64,000 bases of DNA from Nannocystales bacterium (GCA_050633305.1 JBOEGF010000018.1:576001-640000); one strand, 5' to 3'; shown: positions 1 through 10,192, numbered from the stretch's first letter. Made by a program: numbers and translations. The notes: generated by a model from the sequence alone, not told the origin.

Positions 1-1376
1 ACAAACCGGTAGTCCCGATCGCGGGCTCGCCACGCTTCGCGCATCCAAGCCTCGAGTGCCGCGTAGTCCTCGTCGAGTTCGGGCAGTCGAGGGATCCGGG
101 TTCGCTGGATCTCCGAAACCGGGTTCTTGTCGAATTCCTCGCCCTGTTGTTTGCCGATAAAGCCGATCGTCGCGAGGACAAGCGCGACCGACACTCCGCT
201 GAGAGCGCGGGGAGCGGTTCCGCCGAGTGTCCACAACTTGCGGGCGAGGTGCGCAACGCCCCCGACCATCGCACCCGCCATCAGGAACAGTCCGGGCTTC
301 GCCGCGGTCAGGAACCGCTGGTACTGCAGGTGAGTGAACCCCTCGCTGACGAGGTCGAGGCGGAACTCCCAAGGAATGTCCCGGGACGACATCACCCAAA
401 GCCCAAGGGCGACGACGGCGAATGACCGCGCGGGTCGATTCCCCACCACGGCGACCAACACAATGCCGGCGGTCACGCAGTGTCCGGCCAAGGAGGGCAT
501 GGATTGGGCCCACTGTCCTTCGAGGGCTCGCTCGAGCAGCGTGTCGAGCGGCTGCCACAGCCAGCCGTAGCTCGCCATCCATGCTTGGTGCCTGAGCATC
601 GGGGCAACCCACCACAGCGCGAGCGCGACGCCGAGCGCTCCGGTCACCAGCCCGCGAGCGGTGGACCTGCGAAGTCTCGCCGCCGAACCGACTCCGGTCA
701 CAAACACCACGGTCGGGCCGGCCAGGGCGAGGACCGCCATGGACATCGGGTGTGCGAGGAGAGCGGCACCCATCGCTGCGGCTGCGCGGGCGACCGTATT
801 GCGCACCTCGGTGGGGGTCTTTGCGTCGGGAAGCCGGCTCAGTTCGGCCAGGCCCAGCCACGTGAAGCTGGTGGCCAGGGCCTGGGGCCACACGCCGTAG
901 TAGACGGTGTAGATGAAGCCGCCTTCGCGGTACGAGCCGACGTCGACGAGGGCGAGTGTGGCGGCGACGAGGCCTGGCACGACACCCCACCCCATCACAC
1001 GGCCCGCCCGGAGCAGGACCCAACCCTGGGTCAGGAAGACGAGCGTGAAGCCCAAGGCGTAGGCCGACGACCAGTCGAGGAACCCCAGCGACAGCACTCG
1101 GACGCCGATGACGATCGCATCGCCGAGGACCGGGTAGAGCTCCCCGACCGGGGTGCCGAAGAACCACACCGGGCTCCAGCCTCGGATGTCGCCGTTGCCG
1201 AGCTCTTGCGCCCACATCCAGGTGCGGGTGAGGTGAACCGTATGGTCGGCCGACAGTGGCATCTGTCCCAGCGGGATCGGCCACAGCAGGGCGAGCCCGA
1301 TGAGTGTGACGAGCAGCGTGGGCCACCACCGGGCGACACGCGTCAGGTGGCCGAGGCGAGGCACCAGCGCCCGCAT
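1..1376 (-). CDS. Multi-pass membrane protein, PTPS-related/YfhO-like GT-C-type glycosyltransferase (runs off window start)
   Basis: Hand translation from ATG at 1376: MRALVPRLGHLTRVARWWPTLLVTLIGLALLWPIPLGQMPLSADHTVHL...GWSPVWFFGTPVGELYP, then many hydrophobic helices. Absent from the ORF track, probably because its stop lies outside the window. Confidence 0.7.
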   Translation of the reverse strand, partial: MRALVPRLGHLTRVARWWPTLLVTLIGLALLWPIPLGQMPLSADHTVHLTRTWMWAQELGNGDIRGWSPVWFFGTPVGELYPVLGDAIVIGVRVLSLGFLDWSSAYALGFTLVFLTQGWVLLRAGRVMGWGVVPGLVAATLALVDVGSYREGGFIYTVYYGVWPQALATSFTWLGLAELSRLPDAKTPTEVRNTVARAAAAMGAALLAHPMSMAVLALAGPTVVFVTGVGSAARLRRSTARGLVTGALGVALALWWVAPMLRHQAWMASYGWLWQPLDTLLERALEGQWAQSMPSLAGHCVTAGIVLVAVVGNRPARSFAVVALGLWVMSSRDIPWEFRLDLVSEGFTHLQYQRFLTAAKPGLFLMAGAMVGGVAHLARKLWTLGGTAPRALSGVSVALVLATIGFIGKQQGEEFDKNPVSEIQRTRIPRLPELDEDYAALEAWMREAWRARDRDYRF

Positions 1377-1380
1377 CCTG

Positions 1381-1983
1381 TCAGCGGGCAGGGGCACCGA
1401 GCAGCATCGTCCACGGCAGCGGGGAGCGCCGCTGGAGAATCGACAGGTGTCGGCCGGCCAGCGTCTCGAGCCCGCGCCGCGAGAAATGCTGGATGTGGCC
1501 GGGCGTGTTGCCGAGGTGAGTCAGGTATTTGCCACGGGCCATGTTCATGGCCCGCCAGATCGGCTCTCGCGGGGTGGAGACCAGGACTCGATGTTTGGCC
1601 ACCCGGGTGACCTCGGCGAGCCCCGCCTCCGGATCTTCGAGGTGTTCGAGAACCTCACAGCACACGACGAGGTCGAACGATGCGTCGGGGTAGGGAAGCT
1701 CGTAGACGTCGGCTTGCTTGGGTTCGAGCGGCGCGGGGAGATCGGCAGGAACGCGACCGATGTCGAGGTCGGTGATCTCGAAACGCGAAGGCTTGGACGC
1801 ACTGGCGAGCAGAGCCCGCGCGAGATGCCCTTCGCCGCACCCGACCTCGAGCACAGTGTCGGCCGCAGCCATCCGGTACAGCGAGGTTGCCCCCCGCATG
1901 AAGCCGGCCATCAGCGCGCGCGCGATCGGGTTGCTCGTCCCGTACTTGTTGTAGTGGTTGCCCACCACGTTGGCTGTGCTCAT
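1381..1983 (-). CDS. Class I SAM-dependent methyltransferase
   Basis: MSTANVVGNHYNKY...; motif VLEVGCGEG, LPYPDASFDLVVCCEVLEHL; ATGA overlap with the upstream GT2. Confidence 0.9.
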   Translation of the reverse strand: MSTANVVGNHYNKYGTSNPIARALMAGFMRGATSLYRMAAADTVLEVGCGEGHLARALLASASKPSRFEITDLDIGRVPADLPAPLEPKQADVYELPYPDASFDLVVCCEVLEHLEDPEAGLAEVTRVAKHRVLVSTPREPIWRAMNMARGKYLTHLGNTPGHIQHFSRRGLETLAGRHLSILQRRSPLPWTMLLGAPAR

Positions 1984-3008
1984 GGGCTGTCCTCCGCGTG
2001 CCAGGGCTTGGCCTCGGTGGACTCCACGCCTTCGACGGCCTCGCCATCCCCGGCGACTCGGGCGTCGAGGCGACGGACCCGGTGCAGTAACTCTTCGGTG
2101 AGTCGGCGGTTGCTTGCGAGCAGGTCTCCGAGCAACGCCATCAGGCCCACCAGGAACGCGAGGATGAACGCGCCGACCCCGACCAGCAACGACTGGATGT
2201 GTCCGCTGTAGTCCGGGTTTTGTAGATAGAAGTACGTGAATCGGCCGCCCAAGGAGAGGCCGATGAGCAGCAGCACCAGCGCGACGAACCCAAAGGTCTG
2301 CACGGGCCAGTACATGTTGTAGGCCCGCAGGATGACCGCGCCGTTGCGTCGCAGGTATTCGGGGATCGAGCCGAAGAGCCGAGACTCCCGCGTCTTGGGG
2401 TTGGTCGTGATCGGGACGTTCGCGATCACGAGTCCGGCTTGTCCGGCCTGAATGATGGTCTCGAGCGTGTACGTGAATCGGTTGTGGACGAAGAAGTGGT
2501 ACGCCGCGTGTCGGTTGAACGCTCGAAATCCGCTGGTCGAGTCGGCGACTTCGGTCCCCGAAGCTCGCCGCACCACCTGAGAGCCCCAGCGCTGCAGGAC
2601 CTTCTTCAACAACGAAAAGTGCTCGATCGTATCGGTCTGCCGGTCGCCGATCACGACGTCGGCGCTGCCCTCGACCAGCGGCTCCACCAGGCGTGCGATG
2701 TCCGAGCCTTTGTATTGGTTGTCGGCGTCGGTGTTGACGATCACATCCGCCCCGAGCCGGATGCACGCGTCGATGCCAGCCATGTGTGCGGCCGCGAGAC
2801 CCTGGTTCCTCGGGAACGAAATGATGTGATGGACGCCAAGCTCGCGGGCGAGGGCGGCGGTCCCATCGGTGCTTCCGTCGTCAATGATCAAGACCTCGAT
2901 ACTCCCCACCCCGGGGATGGAGCGGGGAAGGTCGGCGAACGTGCCGCCCAAATGATCGCGCTCGTTGAGGCACGGGATCTGGATCAGCAGCTTCAGGGGA
3001 CGACTCAT
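1980..3008 (-). CDS. Family 2 glycosyltransferase (polyprenol-phosphate sugar synthase-like, two C-terminal TM helices)
   Basis: IQIPCLNE, IIDDGSTDGT, NTDADNQY (DxD), DSTSGFRAF; hydrophobic C-terminus. Confidence 0.92.
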   Translation of the reverse strand: MSRPLKLLIQIPCLNERDHLGGTFADLPRSIPGVGSIEVLIIDDGSTDGTAALARELGVHHIISFPRNQGLAAAHMAGIDACIRLGADVIVNTDADNQYKGSDIARLVEPLVEGSADVVIGDRQTDTIEHFSLLKKVLQRWGSQVVRRASGTEVADSTSGFRAFNRHAAYHFFVHNRFTYTLETIIQAGQAGLVIANVPITTNPKTRESRLFGSIPEYLRRNGAVILRAYNMYWPVQTFGFVALVLLLIGLSLGGRFTYFYLQNPDYSGHIQSLLVGVGAFILAFLVGLMALLGDLLASNRRLTEELLHRVRRLDARVAGDGEAVEGVESTEAKPWHAEDSP

Positions 3009-3114
3009 ACGGAGGCTGTTGGCCGGTTGTACCAAGGCTGCCGCCGGGGCGGTAGGATGCCGCATCGACGCTTCGAGCACCCCGCCGACCCCCAGTCGAG
3101 TCACGCCCCTGGCC

Positions 3115-4698
3115 ATGGTGCTGGTGCTGGCCATCCTCGCCGCCTTCGTGGTGCAGGCGCGCGCGTGGGCGTTTCTTTGCGATGACGCCTTCATCTCGTT
3201 CCGGTACGCGGAACATCTGGGCCAGTACGGGATGCCGGTGTTCAACGTGGTGGACCCGCCCGAGCGGGTCGAGGGCTACACGAACTTCTCCTGGGTGGTC
3301 CTGCTGGCGTTGGGCTCGGCGGTCGGGCTCGAGCCAACGTCGTGGGCTCCCGTCCTGACCGTTCTCTCGGCGGGCTTCATCTTGGTTCTGTCGGTCTTGC
3401 TGCTACGGGCGCTCCGGGAGGAATGGGGCGCACCTCTTCGGCCGCTTCACCTCGCGCCTGCAATGCTCTTGGTCGCGCTGCCCGAGGTGATGGTGTGGAG
3501 CGGGAGCGGCCTCGAGACGAGTTTCGCTGCGGCGGTTGTGTTGGGCTCGATGCTGGCGTGGTCGCGCGGACGAATGGTGACTGCGGGAGCGATGGCCGCC
3601 CTCGCTGGCCTGACGCGGCCCGATGCTCTGTTGCCTATCTCGATGTACGGGGTCGGATGGCTGGTCGCACAGATCGTCGCGCAGCGTCGCATCGCGGTTC
3701 GCGACGTACCTTGGAGGAAGATCGGGCTGGCAAGCGTCGTGTTCGCAGCACCGCTGCTCGCCCACCTGCTGTGGCGGCATGGGTACTACGGAGCGTGGGT
3801 GCCGAACACCTGGCCGATCAAGGCCCACGGGATGCTCCTGCGCGACACCTACGGGGTCGCCTACGTCGAAGCTTGGGTCACGCATGTGCACCTGTGGTGG
3901 TTTGCGCCCCTGGCCTTGGCACTTCGACCTCGCCATACGTGCGCGTTGCTCCCGGTCGCGGCCGTGGTGGGCTACGGATACGCGGTCGGTGGAGACTTCA
4001 TGGCGTACTCGCGTTTCTACATCGTCGCGACGGCTGCGCTCGCGGTGTTGGTGGGATGGCTGCTCGCCGATGTGGCGGATTGGGCGGCCTCCAAGTTGGG
4101 CGCGCGCGCTCGTTGGGGCGCCCTCGCAGCGGTCGTCGTGGTCTCCGGGTTGTTGGGTCGGGAAGCGCGGGCTCGGCACGCGCATGACGTCGCTCAAGGC
4201 GGAAAGTGGATCGACGGGAAGTGGGAAGGCACGGTCGCGATGGACCGCTTTGCCAAGGTCGGGTTGGCAGCCGGGCGATGGATGCACTCGAACCTCCCTG
4301 CCGACACCTGGATCGCGGTGGGCGCGGCCGGGGCCGTGCCGTACGGGGCCAAGTTGCCGACGATCGATGCGTACGGGTTGATCGACCCGGTCATCGCGAC
4401 GATGCCGGAAGCCGGCCCCTACACAGGAAAAGGGGCACGCCCCGGCCATCAGCTCCAAGCTCCACGCGACTACATCCTCAGTCGCGATCCTGACCTGCTC
4501 TGTCACGTCGGATACCGCGGGCCGAGGCCGCCCTCGGAGCGAAGGAAGCCGAGGGGGTACGGGCGCAACTACCGCTGGGCCTGCATCGACCTCCCCGAGA
4601 TCGAGGACCGCCACGGCGAACCGCTGCCCGCGGGTGTGTACTGCTGTCGTCGACCTGCCGAGCGCGCGGTCGGTCCGTTCGGCCAGGAGACGCGATGA
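3115..4698 (+). CDS. GT-C-type membrane glycosyltransferase (AftB-like)
   Basis: CDDAFISFRYA, ERVEGYTNF, SGLET, TRPDA, GGDFM motifs across many TM segments; start approximate. Confidence 0.75.
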   Translation: MVLVLAILAAFVVQARAWAFLCDDAFISFRYAEHLGQYGMPVFNVVDPPERVEGYTNFSWVVLLALGSAVGLEPTSWAPVLTVLSAGFILVLSVLLLRALREEWGAPLRPLHLAPAMLLVALPEVMVWSGSGLETSFAAAVVLGSMLAWSRGRMVTAGAMAALAGLTRPDALLPISMYGVGWLVAQIVAQRRIAVRDVPWRKIGLASVVFAAPLLAHLLWRHGYYGAWVPNTWPIKAHGMLLRDTYGVAYVEAWVTHVHLWWFAPLALALRPRHTCALLPVAAVVGYGYAVGGDFMAYSRFYIVATAALAVLVGWLLADVADWAASKLGARARWGALAAVVVVSGLLGREARARHAHDVAQGGKWIDGKWEGTVAMDRFAKVGLAAGRWMHSNLPADTWIAVGAAGAVPYGAKLPTIDAYGLIDPVIATMPEAGPYTGKGARPGHQLQAPRDYILSRDPDLLCHVGYRGPRPPSERRKPRGYGRNYRWACIDLPEIEDRHGEPLPAGVYCCRRPAERAVGPFGQETR

Positions 4699-6698
4699 GC
4701 CGAATCCTCGTCGGTGTCTCCATCGTCGTCATCAGCGTGGTCTTGCTGGTGATGGTGCTGCGCATCGGGTTTCCGTTGGAACTCGAGTGGATGGAAGGCG
4801 GCGTCCTGCACCAGGCCCAACGTTTTGCGCACGGGGAGGCTCTATATCCGCCTCCGGGTCGCGACTTCGTTCCGTTTCTGTACACCCCGGGGTTCGCGGT
4901 CTTGCTCGGGTCGCTCGGCAAGGTGTTCGGGGTGAGTTACACGCTCGGTCGATTGATCAGCATCGTCTCCTGCGTGGCGATCGGTTGGGCGATCTGGCGA
5001 GCGGTCGAGCTTGCGGGCAAGCCCCGGGCGCACCGCATCGCGGCCGTCGCCCTGTTCGCCTCCGGCTATGTGTTCACGTTTCGCTGGCTCGACTTGGCGC
5101 GACCGGACACGCTCGCCATGGCCCTGTGTGTCTGGGCGCTCGTGGTGCTGCGCGATGCTCGGGGAAGTCACCGGAAGGCGATCTTCGCCGGAGTGCTGAT
5201 GGCGCTCTCGTTTTGGACCAAACAAACCGCGGCGACGTTTGTGATCGCCAGCGGTGTGGGGGCGCTGCTCGTGGCGCCCCGGCAACTCCCCGCCTACGCG
5301 CTGAGCATCGCGGTGATCGACGGAGGAGGCGTGCTTGTGGGCAACGCGCTCACCGAGGGTCGCTTGTGGCACTACATCTACGAGCTCCACCAGAGCCACG
5401 CGTTTAACGACGAGCGCTTCGAGAAGAAGACTTGGGGCATGTTTCTGCACGCAGGCCCGTTCGTGCTGCTCGCGGCCAGTGTGAGTCTCGGTGCCTGGCT
5501 CAACCGACTGAGGACCTCCAGCGAACGGTGGGTGGAGGCAGCCGAGCCGGCGTACTGGGGGCTGATGGCGTTCACCGGTCTGCTCGTGTCGGCGCTGGGA
5601 TACTCCACCCAGTGGGCCGAGCCCAACGCGTTCATTCCCGGGGTGCTGATGGGCTCGATCGCCGTCGGTGTTCTCCTCCCGACATCGGGTCGTTTGAGCT
5701 TGGTGGGGAAGGGGCTGGTGGGTCTTCAGTTGTGCTTCGCCCTGGCGGTGGAGCCGATGTATCAGCCGATCCAGAACAAGGGGTTCGCGGGCCTCGAGCG
5801 GAGCTATGCCTGGCAGTCATGGGCACGAACCGTCCCCTCCGATGAACGGCGGGCACGGGCGGACACCCTACGCAAAGAGCTCGAGGCCGGGCCCGGACCG
5901 GTGCTCGCACTTCAACGGCCGTGGTGGACCGTCTTGGCCGGCGGGGAAGGGCACGTGGGGAGCATGGGCATCACCGACGTGTTGCCCGAGGACCGGGCCG
6001 CCATAGAGAAAGCGTTGGTGGGGGAGCTGCGCGACGGGCAGTTCGCGCAGGTTTGGACCGAAGGCGATCCCCCACGGTGGATGATGCGGGGATTGAGTGG
6101 GTACAGCCTCGGCCGGAGGCTTCATGGTGCGCAACGGGTTCGCCCGATGTCGGGGTACATGTCCGATGCTGGCATGGTGACGCGGTACCGGGCGGACCAG
6201 CTGCAGTTCGTTCCCGCCGGGCCCCGTCCTTTGCCGGAGGGGACGGTGGTGGTTGCCGACTTCGAGTCGGGTCGGGCTGACGGATTCACGGCGCGAGGGC
6301 GCGCGTTTGGACGACGCGCCACCCGGAGCGTCAACTCGTCCTTCCCTGCAGTAGGTCCCACGGGCGGCCGCTACTACTACTCGAGCGCTGGGCTTCGGGG
6401 CGACTTGAAGGCGACGGGCTCGTCTCGTTCGGCCCCGTTTGTGTTGCCTCGCGATGGCAGCGTCGAACTGCTCCTCGGGGCTGTCGGCAAGCACGACCGG
6501 CTCGCGGTCGCGCTGGTCGGAGGAGAGGACCGGGTGCCGCTTGCGATTCCGCCAACGCACCTCTCGATGGCTCCGGTTCGATGGAACGTGCCGCCGGAGT
6601 GGGCCGACCGAGAGGTGGTGCTCGAGTTGCGCGACGACGCGAAAAACGCCGCGCTGTTCGTGGACGACGTTCGGCTGTTGCCGACGTCCCTCCCTTGA
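4695..6698 (+). CDS. ArnT/PMT-like (GT-C) membrane glycosyltransferase with extracellular C-terminal domain
   Basis: LEWMEG, LYTPG, ARPDTL, FWTKQT motifs; multi-TM N-half; ATGA overlap with the previous gene. Confidence 0.75.
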   Translation: MSRILVGVSIVVISVVLLVMVLRIGFPLELEWMEGGVLHQAQRFAHGEALYPPPGRDFVPFLYTPGFAVLLGSLGKVFGVSYTLGRLISIVSCVAIGWAIWRAVELAGKPRAHRIAAVALFASGYVFTFRWLDLARPDTLAMALCVWALVVLRDARGSHRKAIFAGVLMALSFWTKQTAATFVIASGVGALLVAPRQLPAYALSIAVIDGGGVLVGNALTEGRLWHYIYELHQSHAFNDERFEKKTWGMFLHAGPFVLLAASVSLGAWLNRLRTSSERWVEAAEPAYWGLMAFTGLLVSALGYSTQWAEPNAFIPGVLMGSIAVGVLLPTSGRLSLVGKGLVGLQLCFALAVEPMYQPIQNKGFAGLERSYAWQSWARTVPSDERRARADTLRKELEAGPGPVLALQRPWWTVLAGGEGHVGSMGITDVLPEDRAAIEKALVGELRDGQFAQVWTEGDPPRWMMRGLSGYSLGRRLHGAQRVRPMSGYMSDAGMVTRYRADQLQFVPAGPRPLPEGTVVVADFESGRADGFTARGRAFGRRATRSVNSSFPAVGPTGGRYYYSSAGLRGDLKATGSSRSAPFVLPRDGSVELLLGAVGKHDRLAVALVGGEDRVPLAIPPTHLSMAPVRWNVPPEWADREVVLELRDDAKNAALFVDDVRLLPTSLP

Positions 6699-6844
6699 GG
6701 GATTTCGAAGCGACCCACCACCAACGGACAACGTAAAACGCCACAGACCGAAGCCCGTGGCGTGTTCGCGTTGGAGTCTGTTCGACGTTGTCGACCTTGC
6801 CGGGCCGAGATCAACAGACGCTGTATCCGCTGTCTTGACGGCCG

Positions 6845-7276
6845 CTAGTACCGCACGCGGACGATGTCGCGGGTCACGAAGACCCGCTTCTTGCCGCCGC
6901 ACGGGTAGGCGAGCTCCATCTCGAAGCTCGAGCCAGGCTCGCCGCGGATCGCCGACGCCCACTGCTCGACCGAGCGCAGACGCTCGCCCTCGATGCGGAG
7001 GAGTCGTGCGCCGGGGAGGATCTTGCCGTCTGCCGGGGAACCTTTGATGACGCGAGACACGACCACGTGCCCCCGCTCTCGCTCGATGACCACTCCGATT
7101 CCGCTGTACGTGTACGCGCGGTTGACCTGGTGCTGCATGCCGCACTGCGTCGCAGCCATGCGGTACATCACGGCGCCGGACGTGGCGACGGTCCCTGCCA
7201 GGAGAATCGAACCGAGGACAACACGCCGACCGAGGCGCCAGCGCTGAAGAGAGGAGCGAGTTTCGCGAGAGCTCAT
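6845..7276 (-). CDS. PDZ-domain protein
   Basis: YSGIGVVI...VSRVIKGSPADGKILPGARLLRIEG...IRGEPGS PDZ signature after an N-terminal TM/signal. Confidence 0.75.
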   Translation of the reverse strand: MSSRETRSSLQRWRLGRRVVLGSILLAGTVATSGAVMYRMAATQCGMQHQVNRAYTYSGIGVVIERERGHVVVSRVIKGSPADGKILPGARLLRIEGERLRSVEQWASAIRGEPGSSFEMELAYPCGGKKRVFVTRDIVRVRY

Positions 7277-7537
7277 GTGTGGGTTGTTCCGAACGCGTTG
7301 AGAGAACCAGCACGCCCAGGATCCCGGGCGACATCCTCATTCTTCCACATGGCGAGAGTTGTTGCCACCCCTCGATCGGTCCACAGCCGGACCAAAATGC
7401 TAAGCGTTTCCGGCGCCTTCGGAGATCCGCCGGGTCGCAGGCTGCGCCAGTCCCGCGGACAGCGCACGACCGGGTGGACCGCTCCAGAGTTTCTGCGTTA
7501 TTTCGGCGGGCCCTCTAACCGGGATAGCGTTCCAACC

Positions 7538-8491
7538 ATGACCCGAGCCTCTGCGGTCACGCCCCTCCTCCTCCTCGCTCTCTGCGTGAGCGGATGCGAC
7601 AAGAGTTCGACCCCTGCCGCGGCGGGTTCGGATGCCACCGTTGCGGAGGCTCCTGCGCCTTCCGAGCCTGCGCCCGAGCCCAAGGCCGAAGCTCCGACGC
7701 CCGCGGACGAGCCAACCCTCGCCAACGCCGCTGTGGATGCGTCCAGTTTGGCCAAGGCCGAGCCTGCACCCGAGGCCGAAGCCGCGCCGGAGCCCGCCGA
7801 GCCAGAAGAGCCAGCAGAGCTACCGACGTACAAGGTACTTATCCTCGGCGATAGCCTGATCGCGACGGGCTTCGGAGCACTGCTCGAGAAGAGCCTCGAC
7901 GCGCATCCGCAGGTCACCTGCTACCGCAAGGGCAAGTCGTCCTCGGGTCTGGCGCGACCGGACTTCTTCGACTGGATTGCCGAGGCCAAGCGCCAGGTTG
8001 ACCTCCGCAAGCCCGACCTCGTCGTCGTTCTGATGGGCGGCAACGACGGGCAGGACCTCACGCACCGGAACAAGAAGGCCGGGCGGCGCGTCACGTGGAA
8101 GCATGAGAACTGGGAAGCCGGGTACCGGGAACGGGTGGATAGCCTTCTCGCGCAGGTCTCCGCCCCCGACCGCGACATCGTGTGGCTCGGGATGCCGACG
8201 ATGGGCCTTCGTAGCCTGGAGAAGAAACTCGTCACGATCCGCGGTGTGCAGAAAGCTGCGGTCGAGGCCCACGAGTCGGCCTCGTACGTCGACACGGCAC
8301 CGTTCGTCTCCAATGACGATGGCGGCATGCTCACCCATGCAGTGGTGGGCCCCAGAAAAAAGAAGAAGGCCATCCGCGCAGACGACCGGATCCACTTCAC
8401 GATGGCCGGCAGCCAGTTCTTCGCCGACGCGGTGTACCCCGAGGTTCTCGCGGCGCTGGAGGTCGAGGATGTGGTCGCGGACGAGGACTGA
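7538..8491 (+). CDS. DUF459/SGNH-GDSL hydrolase lipoprotein
   Basis: Lipobox VSGC, Pro/Ala/Glu linker, ILGDSL, SSGLARPDFFDW, GGND, DRIHFT. Confidence 0.85.
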   Translation: MTRASAVTPLLLLALCVSGCDKSSTPAAAGSDATVAEAPAPSEPAPEPKAEAPTPADEPTLANAAVDASSLAKAEPAPEAEAAPEPAEPEEPAELPTYKVLILGDSLIATGFGALLEKSLDAHPQVTCYRKGKSSSGLARPDFFDWIAEAKRQVDLRKPDLVVVLMGGNDGQDLTHRNKKAGRRVTWKHENWEAGYRERVDSLLAQVSAPDRDIVWLGMPTMGLRSLEKKLVTIRGVQKAAVEAHESASYVDTAPFVSNDDGGMLTHAVVGPRKKKKAIRADDRIHFTMAGSQFFADAVYPEVLAALEVEDVVADED

Positions 8492-8554
8492 GGCCGCCGC
8501 GAACATTTCGACTCCGCGGTCGTCTGAACTGAAGATGACCCGAGGAGGCCAGCG

Positions 8555-9691
8555 GTGAACCCCCGCGCTCTGCTGCTCTGTGCCGCAGTGTGGGTGGCTG
8601 GATGTGCGACGCCTGGCGCATGGAGTCGTTCGGGACTCGGCTCGGCGCGTGCGGACGCAGGTGCGGCCGAGTTCGGTGCCGGGAAGGGCGAAGAGACCGA
8701 GCGTCCTTGGGTGAAGCACAAGGTCGTTCCACGGGAGCGTATCGAGGACATCGAGAACCGCTACGGCGTGTCCAAGAAGGAGCTCATCCGATGGAACAAG
8801 CGGCTGAAGCAGAAACAGTGGATCTACGCGGGCCAGGTCCTGCGCATCAAGGCGCGCCGTGTTCCTCCGCCCCGCGAGAAGATCACCTACGTCGTCAAGC
8901 GCGGCGACCGGTGGGTCGAGATCGCGAAGGCCCACAACATTCGGGAGAGCGACCTGCGCTCATGGAACCGCAAGGTTCCGCGCGCCTTCAAGGTCGGGCA
9001 GAAGCTGACCGTCTACACCAACCCGCTCGAGGTGGTGGCGCCGCCGTCCGATGACGAGGGAGAGCCGGCGGGCTCGGGTTCGAACCCTGACCGTCTCAGT
9101 GTGCGCTCCAATGCCTTGTCGATCGGCAAGCCCAACCGAGGTCGGATCCAGAACGGAATCCAGCTTCCACAGAGTGAGCACTACACCCTGCGGGATCCAG
9201 ACCGCTCGTATGGCTCCTCGCACGCGGTTACGATCATTCACGATTCGATCGCAGCGTTTCGAGCTGAGACCGGGTACCGCGGCGAGATCAAGATCGCGGA
9301 CATGAGCAAGAAGGGGGGCGGACGGCTTCGCCCGCACGGCTCGCATCAGGCGGGCCGCGACGTCGACATCCGATTGCCCCGTCGCGCAGGCGTGTCCACG
9401 GACAACAAGAGCATCTCCGCGATGGACTGGGACCTGTCCTGGGCGTTGGTGAAGGCGTTCATCGACACCGGCGAGATCGAGTACATCTTCTTGGAGACGG
9501 GCCGGCAGAAGGCGCTTCGGAAGGCCGCGCAACGAGCCGGTGCGTCGGCGTCGGAGCTGGCGCGCGCGATCCAATACCCGAGCAAGCGCGGCACCAACAA
9601 GGGCATTGTTCGGCATGCCAGCGGACACCGGATCCACATCCACATCCGGATCAAGTGCGCCAAGAGCAACAGCCGCTGCAAGTCCTACTGA
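8555..9691 (+). CDS. LysM-repeat lipoprotein with penicillin-insensitive murein endopeptidase (MepA-like) domain
   Basis: Lipobox VAGC; two LysM repeats (HKVVPRE...WN, YVVKRGD...WN); ADMSKKGGGRLRPHGSHQAGRDVD and HIHIR zinc motifs. Confidence 0.88.
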   Translation: MNPRALLLCAAVWVAGCATPGAWSRSGLGSARADAGAAEFGAGKGEETERPWVKHKVVPRERIEDIENRYGVSKKELIRWNKRLKQKQWIYAGQVLRIKARRVPPPREKITYVVKRGDRWVEIAKAHNIRESDLRSWNRKVPRAFKVGQKLTVYTNPLEVVAPPSDDEGEPAGSGSNPDRLSVRSNALSIGKPNRGRIQNGIQLPQSEHYTLRDPDRSYGSSHAVTIIHDSIAAFRAETGYRGEIKIADMSKKGGGRLRPHGSHQAGRDVDIRLPRRAGVSTDNKSISAMDWDLSWALVKAFIDTGEIEYIFLETGRQKALRKAAQRAGASASELARAIQYPSKRGTNKGIVRHASGHRIHIHIRIKCAKSNSRCKSY

Positions 9692-9803
9692 GCGCGGCCC
9701 CAAGCTTTGATGACGGTCCCGCGGCCTGCTCGGAGTCCGAGCCGTTGTTCTCGGTGGCTGTGCTGGCCCGAGGTGTCCCAGTCTTTTTCTTGCTGCGCTA
9801 CAC

Positions 9804-9832
9804 TTGACGCTCGTGAGCTACGCTTGTAGCTT
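9804..9832 (+). promoter_or_regulatory. Sigma70-type promoter of blaI overlapped by a palindromic BlaI/MecI/CopY-type operator
   Basis: TTGACG (9804-9809), 17 nt, TAGCTT (9827-9832), 6 nt, GTG start. Inverted repeat AGCTAC-gctt-GTAGCT at 9816-9831 contains TACGctTGTA, one mismatch from TACAnnTGTA. Confidence 0.72.
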
Positions 9833-9838
9833 TGATTC

Positions 9839-10192
9839 GTGACTGACGCTGAGTGGGACATTCTTGAGGTGCTGTGGCGCCTTGAACAGGCAACGAGCTC
9901 TCAGGTTGCGGAGGCGCTCGCGCAGACCCGCGGGTGGGCGCCATCCACCGTCCGAACGTTCCTGTCCCGGATGAAGGACAAGGGGATGCTCAAGGCGGAC
10001 CGCGTAGGAAAGAACTGGGTCTACCGGGCGGCGAGCGACCCGACGGAGACCCGTCGGTCGGCCTGGCAGAGCTTTGCCCAGACCGCGTTTGGCTCGGTCG
10101 GTGGGGCGCTTCGCTTCCTCGCCGAGGACGCCAAGCTCACCCGAACGCAGAGGACTCGGCTGCTCGAGATGTTGGAGGCCAAAGATGACTGA
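9839..10192 (+). CDS. BlaI/MecI/CopY family transcriptional repressor
   Basis: TDAEWDILEVLW...WAPSTVRTFLSRMKDKGML...FGSVGGALRFL winged-helix pattern. Confidence 0.92.
   Translation: MTDAEWDILEVLWRLEQATSSQVAEALAQTRGWAPSTVRTFLSRMKDKGMLKADRVGKNWVYRAASDPTETRRSAWQSFAQTAFGSVGGALRFLAEDAKLTRTQRTRLLEMLEAKDD

Noticed and set aside
480..1610. Long plus-strand ORF and similar long antisense ORFs (17908-19881, 31345-33135, 40144-41916, 61622-63340)
   Set aside because: They are shadows of real genes on the other strand or frame, expected at high GC, and carry no motifs.
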